This document shows positions 1-9,948 of a stretch of 64,000 nt of DNA, one piece after another. The notes beneath the pieces were generated by a model. It worked only from the letters and a program-made list of their open reading frames with translations, ran no database searches and was not told the origin of the DNA. Source of the stretch: Nitrosopumilus sp. (lineage in GTDB: Archaea > Thermoproteota > Nitrososphaeria > Nitrososphaerales > Nitrosopumilaceae). The number at the start of each line of letters is the position of its first letter. Position 1 is the first letter of the stretch. The DNA is taken from assembly GCA_965204345.1 (NCBI GenBank), contig OZ241981.1, positions 1,504,001-1,568,000 of the forward strand, written 5' to 3'. The position numbers were made by a program, and so were the translations under genes.

Positions 1-77
1 GTAATACCATCTAACAATCCCATATCATTGAACTTTCTAATGGATTCTAAGTTAGCAGTATCAAGGAAAATCTTCAT
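1..77 (-). CDS. tal: Transaldolase / fructose-6-phosphate aldolase family, 5' end only (runs off the window)
   Basis: Manual translation MKIFLDTANLESIRKFNDMGLLDGIT matches the FSA/TalC N-terminus (FLDTAN...GIT). Overlaps the stop of the transketolase C-subunit gene. Confidence 0.85.
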   Translation of the reverse strand, partial: MKIFLDTANLESIRKFNDMGLLDGI

Positions 78-1048
78 AATTTTTTACTCCTAATTTCTTT
101 GACTTGTTTTGCAATATTAAAAGATGTTATTCCATGCTTCTCTAAGAGTAAGGGAATTTCATTATCTCTTGCTGATTCTCCAAACATATCTTGAACTCCG
201 ACTCTCTTGACAGGTACAGGATATGATTCAGAGACAGATTCTGCAACAGAGGAGCCCATTCCGCCAATAATGTTGTGCTCTTCAGCAGTTACAATACCGC
301 CAGTTTCTCTAGCGGCTTTTTCTAAAAGTTCGTGATCAATGGGTTTAACTGAAAACATGTCTAAAACCCTACAAGAAATTCCTTCCTGTTGTAATGATTC
401 GGCAGCTTCCAAAGCCATCCTAACAGTTATGCCACAGGCAGCAATAGTACAGTCAGAACCATCTCTCAAAGTAATGCCTTTACCAATTTGAAAGTCTTGA
501 GAGTCAGAATGAACAAGAGGGGTTTTGGATCTTGCCATTCTCATGTAGATTGGACCATATTCTTTTGCTATCAATGGAATCAATTTGGAAACTGCAACGG
601 TGTCAGCAGGAACTAGAACTCTAAAATTTGGGATCACTCTCATTATTGCTATATCTTCAATGGTTTGATGGGAGCCACCATCGGGTCCAACAGAGAGACC
701 CCCATGAGAAGTAACCAGTTTTACATTAAGACCTTTTTTTCCAGGCCGAGAAGGGTAAGCAATATTATTTCGAATTTGATCAACTGCTCTGCTAGGCAAA
801 AATATGGCATACGTGCTAACAAAGGAAATTTTTCCAGATACAGCAAGCCCTGCAGAAATGGTTACAAGATTTGTCTCAGCAATACCCACATTAAAAAATC
901 GCTCAGGGAATTCTTTTCCAAACTCAGAAATTTTTAACGAATCAGTTGTATCTGCACCTAAAACAACAACATTTGGGTTCTCTTTACCTACCTGGATTAA
1001 AGACTTTGAATATGCTGAACGCATATCAGTCATTACTGGTTCATTCAA
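74..1048 (-). CDS. Transketolase C-terminal (pyrimidine-binding) subunit
   Basis: FFNVGIAE, GPDGGSHQ and TAEEH motifs. Real start is probably TTG 1048 or ATG 1033, not 1120. Confidence 0.92.
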   Translation of the reverse strand: MNEPVMTDMRSAYSKSLIQVGKENPNVVVLGADTTDSLKISEFGKEFPERFFNVGIAETNLVTISAGLAVSGKISFVSTYAIFLPSRAVDQIRNNIAYPSRPGKKGLNVKLVTSHGGLSVGPDGGSHQTIEDIAIMRVIPNFRVLVPADTVAVSKLIPLIAKEYGPIYMRMARSKTPLVHSDSQDFQIGKGITLRDGSDCTIAACGITVRMALEAAESLQQEGISCRVLDMFSVKPIDHELLEKAARETGGIVTAEEHNIIGGMGSSVAESVSESYPVPVKRVGVQDMFGESARDNEIPLLLEKHGITSFNIAKQVKEIRSKKL

Positions 1049-2712
1049 ATGTATCCCATCTCCTGTGCAATTTTCTTGAATTGCTCTTGTTTTTCTCCAA
1101 TTACATGCAGTCCAATCCATTTATTTACTAGTTCAGAGCCGCCAAATTCCTTTGCCTTATCAAGCAAAATACGTCTTCTAGATTTCAAAATCTCAGTTCT
1201 AAAATCTTTGATTGCAGCCCGAACATCCTGTTGGCCAATTATTGCGCTTCCACCAACAAAAATACGTGCACCATCAGCAAAGACTGAACCAATATTGTCA
1301 AAATTTATGCCTCCATCAGCCTCAATATAGCCTGAAAAGTTATGTTCTTTGAGAATGGAATTTAGCGTGGCCATTTTTTCATGAGTTTTTTCAATGTATT
1401 TTTGACCAGATTTTCCAGGCACAACGGACATTACAATTAGTTGATCAAGGGATTGTAAAAATTTGTAAGACCATTCAGGTAATTCAGTGTCAGGATTTAT
1501 TGAAAAACCGACACCTACTTGATTTTGTTTTAACACATCATAGATTTCCCCAAAACTAGATTCGTCAGTTACTTCAGCATGAACAGTAATAATATCACTT
1601 CCGGCATCAATGTAGTCTTTGATATGTTTTACAGGCTCATTAATCATTAAATGAGTATCAAATGGAATAACAGTCAAAGGTCTTAGTTCTTTGATTTTAT
1701 TATGATCAAAAGTTTTTGTGGGTACAAACTGTCCGTCCATTACATCAAGATGAATGTAATCAGCCCGACCAGAAACACAACGCTTAACTTCATTTTCCAG
1801 ATTGGTCATATCTCCTGCTATGATGGACGGTGCAATCATAATTTGAGAATCTAACTCAAGATTAATGATCGGAACGACATCTAAATCAGGAGCCTTGCCA
1901 TGCCATTGGGGATCATCTTCCATATGCTCTACAGATTTTCCTTTTATGGTTCTAGAGATAATCATAGTAGGTACACCTTTTGTTGCTTTTGCTTTTGCAA
2001 TTGCAGCATCAATCTGCTCAATCCTGTGTCCGTCAATTTCAATAACATTCCAACCAAAAGATCTCCATTTGTCACCAGTTTTCCAGCGTGATGCATCTTT
2101 CCACATTTCAGAAAGATCATCACCTTCTAGTTTTTTATCAAGTGGCATAACTTTTTCAGTGTATGAATCCTGCTGAATGAAATTCCTATCAAGAAAAGCA
2201 GTTAGATTATCAACTTTATATTTTGAGGCAGCCATAGCAGCTTCCCAAACTTGTCCCTCATTAGATTCCCCATCACCCATTATTGTATAGACATGATAGT
2301 CCTTGGCATCCATTTTTGCAGCCAATGCAATTCCTATAGAGTAAGATAATCCTGTGCCTAAAGAACCTCCACAAAACTCAATTCCAGGACATTTAAAGTC
2401 AGGATGTCCTTGTAATTTACTGCCAAATTTTCGTAACGTTTCAAGTTCAGATTCTGGGAAATATCCCGCTACTGCCATATTGGAAAATAATCCGGGTGCA
2501 GCATGTCCTTTAGACAAAACTAGACGATCTCTGTCATCCCATTGAGGATTCTGAGGATCAAATTTTAGATACTTGTTAAACAGACACCCCAAAATTTCTG
2601 CCATAGAAAATGAGCCACCGGGATGACCAGAACCGGCTATGCTAGTTCCCTTAATCACTAATTTACGGGCCCTTAGAATGTTTTTTTTAATTTGATAATA
2701 ATCCAGTCTCAT
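1045..2712 (-). CDS. Fusion of transketolase N-terminal (TPP-binding) subunit and ribulose-phosphate 3-epimerase
   Basis: N-half has SGHPGG, LSKGHAAP, LQGHP and GDGE..EG motifs. C-half has IAPSII, HLDVMDGQFVP, DTHLM and DGGIN (Rpe motifs). Confidence 0.92.
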   Translation of the reverse strand: MRLDYYQIKKNILRARKLVIKGTSIAGSGHPGGSFSMAEILGCLFNKYLKFDPQNPQWDDRDRLVLSKGHAAPGLFSNMAVAGYFPESELETLRKFGSKLQGHPDFKCPGIEFCGGSLGTGLSYSIGIALAAKMDAKDYHVYTIMGDGESNEGQVWEAAMAASKYKVDNLTAFLDRNFIQQDSYTEKVMPLDKKLEGDDLSEMWKDASRWKTGDKWRSFGWNVIEIDGHRIEQIDAAIAKAKATKGVPTMIISRTIKGKSVEHMEDDPQWHGKAPDLDVVPIINLELDSQIMIAPSIIAGDMTNLENEVKRCVSGRADYIHLDVMDGQFVPTKTFDHNKIKELRPLTVIPFDTHLMINEPVKHIKDYIDAGSDIITVHAEVTDESSFGEIYDVLKQNQVGVGFSINPDTELPEWSYKFLQSLDQLIVMSVVPGKSGQKYIEKTHEKMATLNSILKEHNFSGYIEADGGINFDNIGSVFADGARIFVGGSAIIGQQDVRAAIKDFRTEILKSRRRILLDKAKEFGGSELVNKWIGLHVIGEKQEQFKKIAQEMGYI

Positions 2713-2836
2713 CTCTTATATTATTTGAAAATTACATAAAAACCTACACGTAAAAGCAAAGATTAATTTTGAAATTTATATGTGTAGCAGATCTAAAAAA
2801 TGTGAGCCGGGTAATTAGGACGATAAAGAAAGTTCT

Positions 2837-3230
2837 ACTATACCCATTCATAAATTTCAAAAATTCAGATAACGGTTTTTTGCTCCAAGGTTTTGCATTC
2901 CATTCTTTACAAGTCTCATAAAACTCCCATTCTGATTTATCTTTTTGAGGATGAGGCACTATCATCTCTTTAAATTCTGCAAGATTCCGATCTACAGGAC
3001 GTATGTATTTCCCATCTGATTAGCGTTTCATTTTTCATTGCAAATGGAATGACCTGCATACTCTGGATTTAAGATCATTGGCAGCACACCTAAAAACATC
3101 TTTAGTTTCTTTTAGAAATTTACATCCGTTATTTTTTTGTTTTAAGGGATCCATCAAGCCTTCCTTTAATTACTAAAGAATAGGTCCTTGACTCCATAAA
3201 TTTCCAAAATTTTTTTATTTATTTATTCAT
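2837..3230 (-). pseudogene. Eroded gene remnant, possibly YkgJ-like Cys-cluster protein
   Basis: Broken minus-strand frames contain GCKFLKETKDVFRC...SRVCRSF (C-x-FL...C...CRxF pattern). Stops and frameshifts present; AT-rich. Confidence 0.3.
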
Positions 3231-3519
3231 AGAGATGCAGTTCCTAATCCAAGTGCAAGTCGCCGGGTATCATCAGCGTTAACAGATATCCATATTACTT
3301 GCAACAATCAGCATGACGTGAACTACAAGGAAATTCCCCACGGCGTGGTAGATGAGAACTTGAAAGTATTTCCGACTAATTTCACAAGTAATCAAAGTAA
3401 ATTTCAGATATCAAGCTTGTAAAATTTTCCTTTGATCGCTATTATCAACAGCCTAGTTCCAAATAGCATCAATATGTCACATAGTAAATCTAAATAATGC
3501 TCTAAAAATAGAATTCACA

Positions 3520-4998
3520 GTGAAAATTAAAACAAACAGTTCATCAAAACAGAGAACAAGTCTCCTATGTGGATTTGTCTTAGAAAATTCAAACAAAGTT
3601 CTAGGATTGCCAAAATTTGACGCTAAAACAACTTTTGCAATTAATCAGTCTCTAAAAGACATGGAAGGAAAAATGGGGCGATTAAATATTATTCCATCGC
3701 ATGGAAAAGGCCCCATACAAAGAATCCTTCTTGCAGGCATTGGCAAAAAAGAAAATCTGACAAAAGACACAATTAGATTTGTTTCAGGAAAAATTGCTCA
3801 AAAAGCAAGGGAACTAAAACTAAAAGAATTTTCAATCATATCTCCGCCAAATTTTGTTACTGAACCAATCTCTGCTGTATCTCAAATTGTGGAGGGTTCT
3901 AAAATGGCACTATACAAATTTGAAAAATTTAAAACAGAAAAAGTGGAAACATCTCCCGATCTTACAATTATTGTATCAAAATCAAGCAAGATTTCAAAAG
4001 CCATTAAAACCGCAGACATTGTTGCAGATGGTGCAATATTTACCAAAAGTGTTGCAAATTTGCCGCCAAACGAATGTACTCCCACAACATTAGCAAATTT
4101 TGCAAAAAACATGTCTAAAAAAAATAAAATGAAATGCAGTATTGTTTCAGAACCTGAATTAAAAAAGAGGGGTTTTGGAGGAATATCCGCAGTAGGTCAA
4201 GGAAGTAAAAATCAGCCAAAATTGATTGTTTTAGAACACATGCAAGGATCAAAAAATGAGAAACCCATTGTTCTTGTGGGAAAAGCTGTAACGTTTGATA
4301 CGGGAGGCATCTCATTAAAACCAGGAGCCGCAATGGATGAAATGAAATTTGACAAATGCGGAGGATGTACTGTCCTTGGCATAATGAAAACAATTTCAGA
4401 ACTAAAGTTACCAGTCAATGTTGTGGGAATTGTTCCTTCTGTTGAAAATATGCCCGGAGGGGAATCATATAGGCCAGGGGACATTATAAAATTATACAGT
4501 GGTAAAACTGCGGAAATTCTAAATACGGATGCAGAAGGAAGATTGATTTTAGCTGATGCATTGTCATATGGAGAAAGAAAATACTCTCCAAAAGCAATTA
4601 TTGATTTTGCAACTCTGACAGGGGCATGCATAGTGGCATTAGGTAACAATGTGGCAGCAATCGTATCAAATAATGATAAGCTATCTAAAAAAATCAAAGA
4701 GGCATCTGATAGAACCACCGAAGAAGTTTGGGAACTTCCATTAAACCGAGATTACATGGATATGATCAAATCAGACGTAGCAGATATGAAAAACATTGGA
4801 ATAGGCAGGGCAGCTGGAACAATTACTGCTGCGGCATTTTTGAGAAACGCAATTGAGGATACGCCATGGGTACACGTAGACATTGCAGGTGCAGCTTGGA
4901 CACAGGGCGCCACCAAAGAAAAATCATACAATCCAAAAGGTGCAACGGGATTTGGTGTAAGATTGATTTTAGATTATTTACAAAATTTAAAAAACTAA
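3520..4998 (+). CDS. pepA: Leucyl aminopeptidase (M17)
   Basis: VGKAVTFDTGG, MKFDKCG, NTDAEGRL and ATLTGA motifs. Confidence 0.95.
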   Translation: MKIKTNSSSKQRTSLLCGFVLENSNKVLGLPKFDAKTTFAINQSLKDMEGKMGRLNIIPSHGKGPIQRILLAGIGKKENLTKDTIRFVSGKIAQKARELKLKEFSIISPPNFVTEPISAVSQIVEGSKMALYKFEKFKTEKVETSPDLTIIVSKSSKISKAIKTADIVADGAIFTKSVANLPPNECTPTTLANFAKNMSKKNKMKCSIVSEPELKKRGFGGISAVGQGSKNQPKLIVLEHMQGSKNEKPIVLVGKAVTFDTGGISLKPGAAMDEMKFDKCGGCTVLGIMKTISELKLPVNVVGIVPSVENMPGGESYRPGDIIKLYSGKTAEILNTDAEGRLILADALSYGERKYSPKAIIDFATLTGACIVALGNNVAAIVSNNDKLSKKIKEASDRTTEEVWELPLNRDYMDMIKSDVADMKNIGIGRAAGTITAAAFLRNAIEDTPWVHVDIAGAAWTQGATKEKSYNPKGATGFGVRLILDYLQNLKN

Positions 4999-5123
4999 TA
5001 GCCCCTACTATTTCTGTCAGGAGTTCCAACACTTGGATTTCTCCAGCCGTGCTTCTCCATCATGTGGTTTAGCAATCTAATATCATTGTCACATGCTTCC
5101 CCACATACACTACAATCCGGCAT
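4995..5123 (-). CDS. Small C2H2 zinc-finger protein (42 aa), not in the ORF track
   Basis: Manual translation MPDCSVCGEACDNDIRLLNHMMEKHGWRNPSVGTPDRNSRGY* has C-x2-C-x12-H-x4-H. Confidence 0.7.
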   Translation of the reverse strand: MPDCSVCGEACDNDIRLLNHMMEKHGWRNPSVGTPDRNSRGY

Positions 5124-5183
5124 ATTGAATTCACATCAATGCAATTAATTCAATATTAAAAGATTGATTGTAAACTGAAAAAA

Positions 5184-5299
5184 TGCCAGCACCGTTGCTT
5201 CCCAAGAGCTCTCGCATCTTAGTAGCACAACGGCGACATCAGGTTTGACTTCCAAGTTCGGAATGGGATTGGGTCGCACCCTAACGCTATGGCCGGCTT
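5184..5299 (-). rRNA. rrf: 5S rRNA
   Basis: Reverse complement reads GCCGGCCATAGCG...CCCATTCCGAAC...GAAGTCAAACC...GTGCTGGC, with complementary ends and a T-rich tail. Confidence 0.93.
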
Positions 5300-5392
5300 G
5301 AAATTATATGTTAAATTCTCATCTATTAACCTAACGCCAGATTTGAAATGGACTCAAAATAGGTATAAAGCAAAGCAAATAGCGAGTACATC

Positions 5393-7180
5393 ATGACACA
5401 TAGGGTAGCAGTTTTAGATCAGGATCTATGTCAGCCACAAAAATGTGGCTTGGAATGTATAAAATACTGTCCAGTTAACAAATCTGGCGCAGAATGTGTC
5501 ATAATCAGCGAAGAGTCAAAAAAAGCCCAAATTGATGAGGATGTTTGTAATGGATGTGGAATATGTGTCAAGGTATGTCCGTTTGATGCAATAACTATTG
5601 TCAATTTAGCAAGTGAATTAGCTACAGACAAAATTCATCAGTATGGAACAAACTCGTTTAGACTTTACAAACTGCCCACACCAAAAAAAGGGGAGGTGGT
5701 AGGACTGCTAGGTAGAAACGGCATGGGGAAGAGTACCGTAGTAAATATTCTCTCAGGCAATTTAAAACCAAATTTAGGCAGGTATGAAAATCCTCCAGAG
5801 TGGGATGAAATTTTAAAGCATTATAGCGGGACAGAACTTAAGCAGCATTTTGAAAAGATAGAACAGAAACAAATTCGTGCATCAATAAAACCACAGCAAG
5901 TACATCATATTGCACAGGCATTTGATGGTACGGGAAACGAACTTCTTGACAAATATGATGAACGGGGAGTTGCAAGAAATCTAATCAAAGAATTGGGATT
6001 AGAGAATTCTATGGAACAAAGTTTGGCCGAACTTAGTGGGGGTGAGTTACAGAGAATTGCAGTTGCCGCTGCTGCATCCAAAGATACAGAATTTTACTTT
6101 TTTGATGAGCCATCATCATACAACGATGTTTTTCAACGAACAGGTGTTGCACGAGTTATACAAAACCTGGCAAAACTTGGAAAGAGTGTAATGGTAGTAG
6201 AGCATGATTTAACCCTGTTGGATTTTCTAAGTGATTATATCGAAGTATTGTATGGAGAGCCCTCAGCTTACGGAATCGTCTCAAATATCTTATCGACCAA
6301 AATAGGAATCAACGTATTTCTTGATGGGTATTTGCCAAATGAAAACGTTAGATTTAGAGACAAGAAATTTTCATTTGATGTATCATCATCAGCTACGGAT
6401 ATCTTTCAGGAGGGAAGCGAGGTTGTTACTTATCCAAAACTAGGAAAAAAATATTCGACATTTTCAGTTGTAATCGAACCTGGAAAAATAAGAAAGGGCG
6501 AAGTTTTAGGCATAATGGGTGCCAATGCATTAGGTAAAACGACAATGATGAAAATGATTGCAGGTGTTGAAAAACCAGATTCAGGCAACATTGATAAAAA
6601 AATCAAAATAGCATACAAACCGCAATATCTTCAAAACGATCTTGACGTAGAAGTAATCTCAGTATTGGATAAGGCAAATGGAAATCCCATCGAAGGAAGT
6701 ATGGAAGAGGAACAGATACTTGATCCATTAAAGATTAAAAAACTCTACAACAAATCCATCAAGAATCTTTCCGGAGGAGAACTTCAAAAGGTAGCAGTTG
6801 CATCGTGTCTGCTACAAAAAGTAGATTTGTATGCATTAGATGAGCCCTCGGCATTTTTAGATGTAGAAGATAGAATTGCAGTAGCAAAATTCTTACAAAA
6901 ATTTGTCCGTTCGTTTGGAAAGTCGGCAATCATAATTGATCACGATTTGCAATTAATGGATCTTGTTTCAGATACAATGGTAATATTTGAGGGAGAATCA
7001 GGATCTGCAGGCGTAGCAACATCACCAATGCCAAAAGCCGATGCAATGAACAGATTTCTAAAGTCATTGGACATGTCATTTAGAAGAGATGAAAAAAGCC
7101 TAAGACCACGTGTAAATAAACTAGAAAGCAGGCTAGACAAGGATCAAAAAACAACTGGAAACTTCTATTACAAGCATTGA
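5393..7180 (+). CDS. rli: Ribosome recycling ATPase ABCE1/RLI
   Basis: N-terminal 2x[4Fe-4S] Cys motifs and two ABC domains (GRNGMGKS, GANALGKT, LSGGELQ). Confidence 0.96.
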   Translation: MTHRVAVLDQDLCQPQKCGLECIKYCPVNKSGAECVIISEESKKAQIDEDVCNGCGICVKVCPFDAITIVNLASELATDKIHQYGTNSFRLYKLPTPKKGEVVGLLGRNGMGKSTVVNILSGNLKPNLGRYENPPEWDEILKHYSGTELKQHFEKIEQKQIRASIKPQQVHHIAQAFDGTGNELLDKYDERGVARNLIKELGLENSMEQSLAELSGGELQRIAVAAAASKDTEFYFFDEPSSYNDVFQRTGVARVIQNLAKLGKSVMVVEHDLTLLDFLSDYIEVLYGEPSAYGIVSNILSTKIGINVFLDGYLPNENVRFRDKKFSFDVSSSATDIFQEGSEVVTYPKLGKKYSTFSVVIEPGKIRKGEVLGIMGANALGKTTMMKMIAGVEKPDSGNIDKKIKIAYKPQYLQNDLDVEVISVLDKANGNPIEGSMEEEQILDPLKIKKLYNKSIKNLSGGELQKVAVASCLLQKVDLYALDEPSAFLDVEDRIAVAKFLQKFVRSFGKSAIIIDHDLQLMDLVSDTMVIFEGESGSAGVATSPMPKADAMNRFLKSLDMSFRRDEKSLRPRVNKLESRLDKDQKTTGNFYYKH

Positions 7181-8013
7181 CTCGAATGTTAAAAAAAGCA
7201 CTAGAAAACGTGCTTACAGAAAAAGAAAATGATGAATTAATTTCAGCGTTTGATCAGATTGGAGAAATAATAATTGTCAGAATTCCAGATTCGCTGTTAT
7301 CAAAAAAGGAAATTATAGGAAAAACGCTGTTAGATAAAGTAAAGATTGTCAGAAGCGTGTTCTATCAGGCCTCAGCAGTAGAGGGGGATTTTCGTACCAG
7401 AGACCTAGAAATTCTTGCAGGCGAAGATAATACAGAGACTCAATACAAAGAATTTGGCTGTAAATTTACAGTTGACGTCAAAAATGCGTTTTTTTCACCC
7501 AGACTATCTACAGAAAGAGAAAGAATTGCCACCTTGATTGAGGATGGAGAAACAGTGACTAACATGTTTGGAGGAATTGGAATGTTTTCCATAATGGCTG
7601 CTAAAAAGAAAAAGTGTACAGTGTATAGCTTGGACATCAATCCTACTGCTTCGAGATTATGTGAAACAAATGTTGGATTAAACAAGTTAGCAGGAAGTGT
7701 GATTTCAATAAATGGAGACGCGTCTGAAATCATCAAAGATCAATTAGCTGATAAATCAGATAGAACACTGATGTTATTGCCTGAGAGCTCTGATAAATTT
7801 CTGGAATCTGCAGTTAATACAACAAAAAGTGGGGGAATAATTCACTATTACTCACACATACACGCAGATAAAAAAACAAGTGCTGGGAAACTTTCAGAAG
7901 AGCATTATTTACAAGTCACACCGGTAAAATCAGAAATTCTAAACTCAAAAATTGTCAGACCAGTTGGACCTAGATATTACCAAACAGTTGTAGATGTAAA
8001 AATTTCCAAGTAA
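7177..8013 (+). CDS. Trm5/TYW2-family tRNA SAM-dependent methyltransferase
   Basis: FDQIG, FFSPRLSTER and MFGGIG motifs. Confidence 0.88.
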   Translation: MTRMLKKALENVLTEKENDELISAFDQIGEIIIVRIPDSLLSKKEIIGKTLLDKVKIVRSVFYQASAVEGDFRTRDLEILAGEDNTETQYKEFGCKFTVDVKNAFFSPRLSTERERIATLIEDGETVTNMFGGIGMFSIMAAKKKKCTVYSLDINPTASRLCETNVGLNKLAGSVISINGDASEIIKDQLADKSDRTLMLLPESSDKFLESAVNTTKSGGIIHYYSHIHADKKTSAGKLSEEHYLQVTPVKSEILNSKIVRPVGPRYYQTVVDVKISK

Positions 8014-8014
8014 A

Positions 8015-8233
8015 TCAATCATCAGAAGTGATTGAGGCAGGAGAGGGTTTTGTCGTTGCCATTACATAACCAATCCATGCAATAACCCCTAAAATTCCTC
8101 CGGCAATCATTAAAACAGATAGCTGTAGTACAATAGGACTCCATTCAGACAGCATTAGCAGGTATGCATAAAGGAAGAAACCCCCAATACATAGAATAAA
8201 AATTGTAATTCCCATTCCTTTTCGCTTGTCCAT
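8015..8233 (-). CDS. Small two-TM membrane protein
   Basis: Two hydrophobic segments followed by WIGYVMATTKP; fits between neighbouring genes. Confidence 0.7.
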   Translation of the reverse strand: MDKRKGMGITIFILCIGGFFLYAYLLMLSEWSPIVLQLSVLMIAGGILGVIAWIGYVMATTKPSPASITSDD

Positions 8234-8258
8234 GGCGAAGAATTTTTTTGTGAGTTAT

Positions 8259-8768
8259 TTATTGCTTTGAACTATCCAGTTCAATTGCCATAAGATATGC
8301 ATCTTCGCCATCTCGATAATACGCGTTTAATTGTTGTCGTATTACAAAACCAAATTTTTCATACAGTCGTACAGCATCAGTATTGCTACATCTTACTTCC
8401 AAATAGAACTCATCACATTTTCGTAGTTTGATGCCATTGACAGACTCTTCAACAAGGGCATTACCAATGCCTTTTTTTCGATACTCATCAAGCACGGCAA
8501 TAGAAACTACATGTCCTTTTTTGACAAACCCTAATTTTTTAAAATTAGAAAAGCCAAATTCAGTTTTACACATGATATATCCGACATGCTTTCCTCCAAT
8601 TTCTGCAACGATGAAGGCCTCGGGAAGCTCTGCAAGTAAACTCTCGTAAAAGTAATCAGAATAGTGCTCAGGCAGTGTTTTTAGATTAATTTCCATTACA
8701 GAAATTAGATCGCTTGGTTCTGCCCTTCTAATATTGCAATCTCCCAGTTGCCTAAGAATAACTTGCAT
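8259..8768 (-). CDS. N-terminal protein acetyltransferase (Ard1/RimI GNAT)
   Basis: LPEHY, GHVVSIAV..YRKKGIG, LEVRCSN and YYRDGEDAY motifs. Confidence 0.92.
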   Translation of the reverse strand: MQVILRQLGDCNIRRAEPSDLISVMEINLKTLPEHYSDYFYESLLAELPEAFIVAEIGGKHVGYIMCKTEFGFSNFKKLGFVKKGHVVSIAVLDEYRKKGIGNALVEESVNGIKLRKCDEFYLEVRCSNTDAVRLYEKFGFVIRQQLNAYYRDGEDAYLMAIELDSSKQ

Positions 8769-8841
8769 GATTGTGTATGATAACATCAATATTTAATTTT
8801 AAACCAAAAGACCATTTAATGGAAAAAAACAGTCTTAAAGA

Positions 8842-9948
8842 ATGGAGGATTCTTCACAAGAAGACATTATCTCACTAGTCAATTCCATGTTTAGTGTCAG
8901 TGATTTTAGCAAAACGGAATTTTCATTAGAATTTAGAATAGAGGATACGGATTTCAAATCAAAATTTGAAAATTTAGCAAGAAAATTAGAAAATATGAGA
9001 TATGTCGGCAAATTAGAAAAAATAGAGGGCGTACTCTACATTATAATCCAGAAATTTTCTCCGGCAAAACAACGAAGATGGATGAATACATCGTGGACTC
9101 CAAGAATACTATTTGCAATAGTCATTTCATTTGTGATGGTTGACGGATACTATAGAACGTCAGGAACCAATTCGATTATAGAGATTGGTGATCCCTTGGA
9201 GATGGCAGCAGTATACACATTATCATTATTGGGAATCCTAGGAGTCCATGAGCTTGGTCATATTGTGGCTGCCAAAGTACATGGCTTGAAAACAAGCTGG
9301 CCATTTTTCATTCCGGGTCTTCCTGTCATAGGAATACCAACGTTTGGGGCATTTATCCAATCAAAAGGACTAACGGTTAATCGGGAAATCCTGTTTGATG
9401 TGGCTATTGCAGGTCCTATTGCAGGACTGATAATTGCAGTCATTGTTTCAATTTATGGGGCATATACTGCGCCAATTTTAGAGCCAGAAATTGCAAGTAG
9501 ATTGTTTGAAGACTCTAGGTTAAGTGAATGGAGTCAGGGAGAGCCGTTGTTAATGACTGCCAGCTTGGCATTGTTTGGCAAAGGCGGGGAAGGACATCAA
9601 GTCATCATGACGCCAATAATGTTTGCAGCGTGGATTGGATTCTTGATTACATTTTTGAACTTGTTACCGGCATGGCAGTTGGATGGGGGTCATATGGCAA
9701 GAACATTGCTGGGAATCAAACTGCATAGATACGCAACATATGGAAGCTTGGCGATCCTTGTTCTGTTAAACTATTGGCTGATGGCAATCTTGATTTTCGC
9801 AATGAGTTCAAGAAATCCTAGTGCAACACCATTAGATGACATTTCGCCGCTTTCGCGAAATAGAAAACTTGCATATGCTGGAATTATAGGTTTAGCAATT
9901 TTATGTGCGCCATTACCAACTAGCTTTTTGCCAGGCATCCTACCTTAA
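8842..9948 (+). CDS. Site-2 protease (M50) membrane metalloprotease
   Basis: HELGH, AGP and NLLPAWQLDGG motifs; multiple TM segments. Confidence 0.93.
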   Translation: MEDSSQEDIISLVNSMFSVSDFSKTEFSLEFRIEDTDFKSKFENLARKLENMRYVGKLEKIEGVLYIIIQKFSPAKQRRWMNTSWTPRILFAIVISFVMVDGYYRTSGTNSIIEIGDPLEMAAVYTLSLLGILGVHELGHIVAAKVHGLKTSWPFFIPGLPVIGIPTFGAFIQSKGLTVNREILFDVAIAGPIAGLIIAVIVSIYGAYTAPILEPEIASRLFEDSRLSEWSQGEPLLMTASLALFGKGGEGHQVIMTPIMFAAWIGFLITFLNLLPAWQLDGGHMARTLLGIKLHRYATYGSLAILVLLNYWLMAILIFAMSSRNPSATPLDDISPLSRNRKLAYAGIIGLAILCAPLPTSFLPGILP

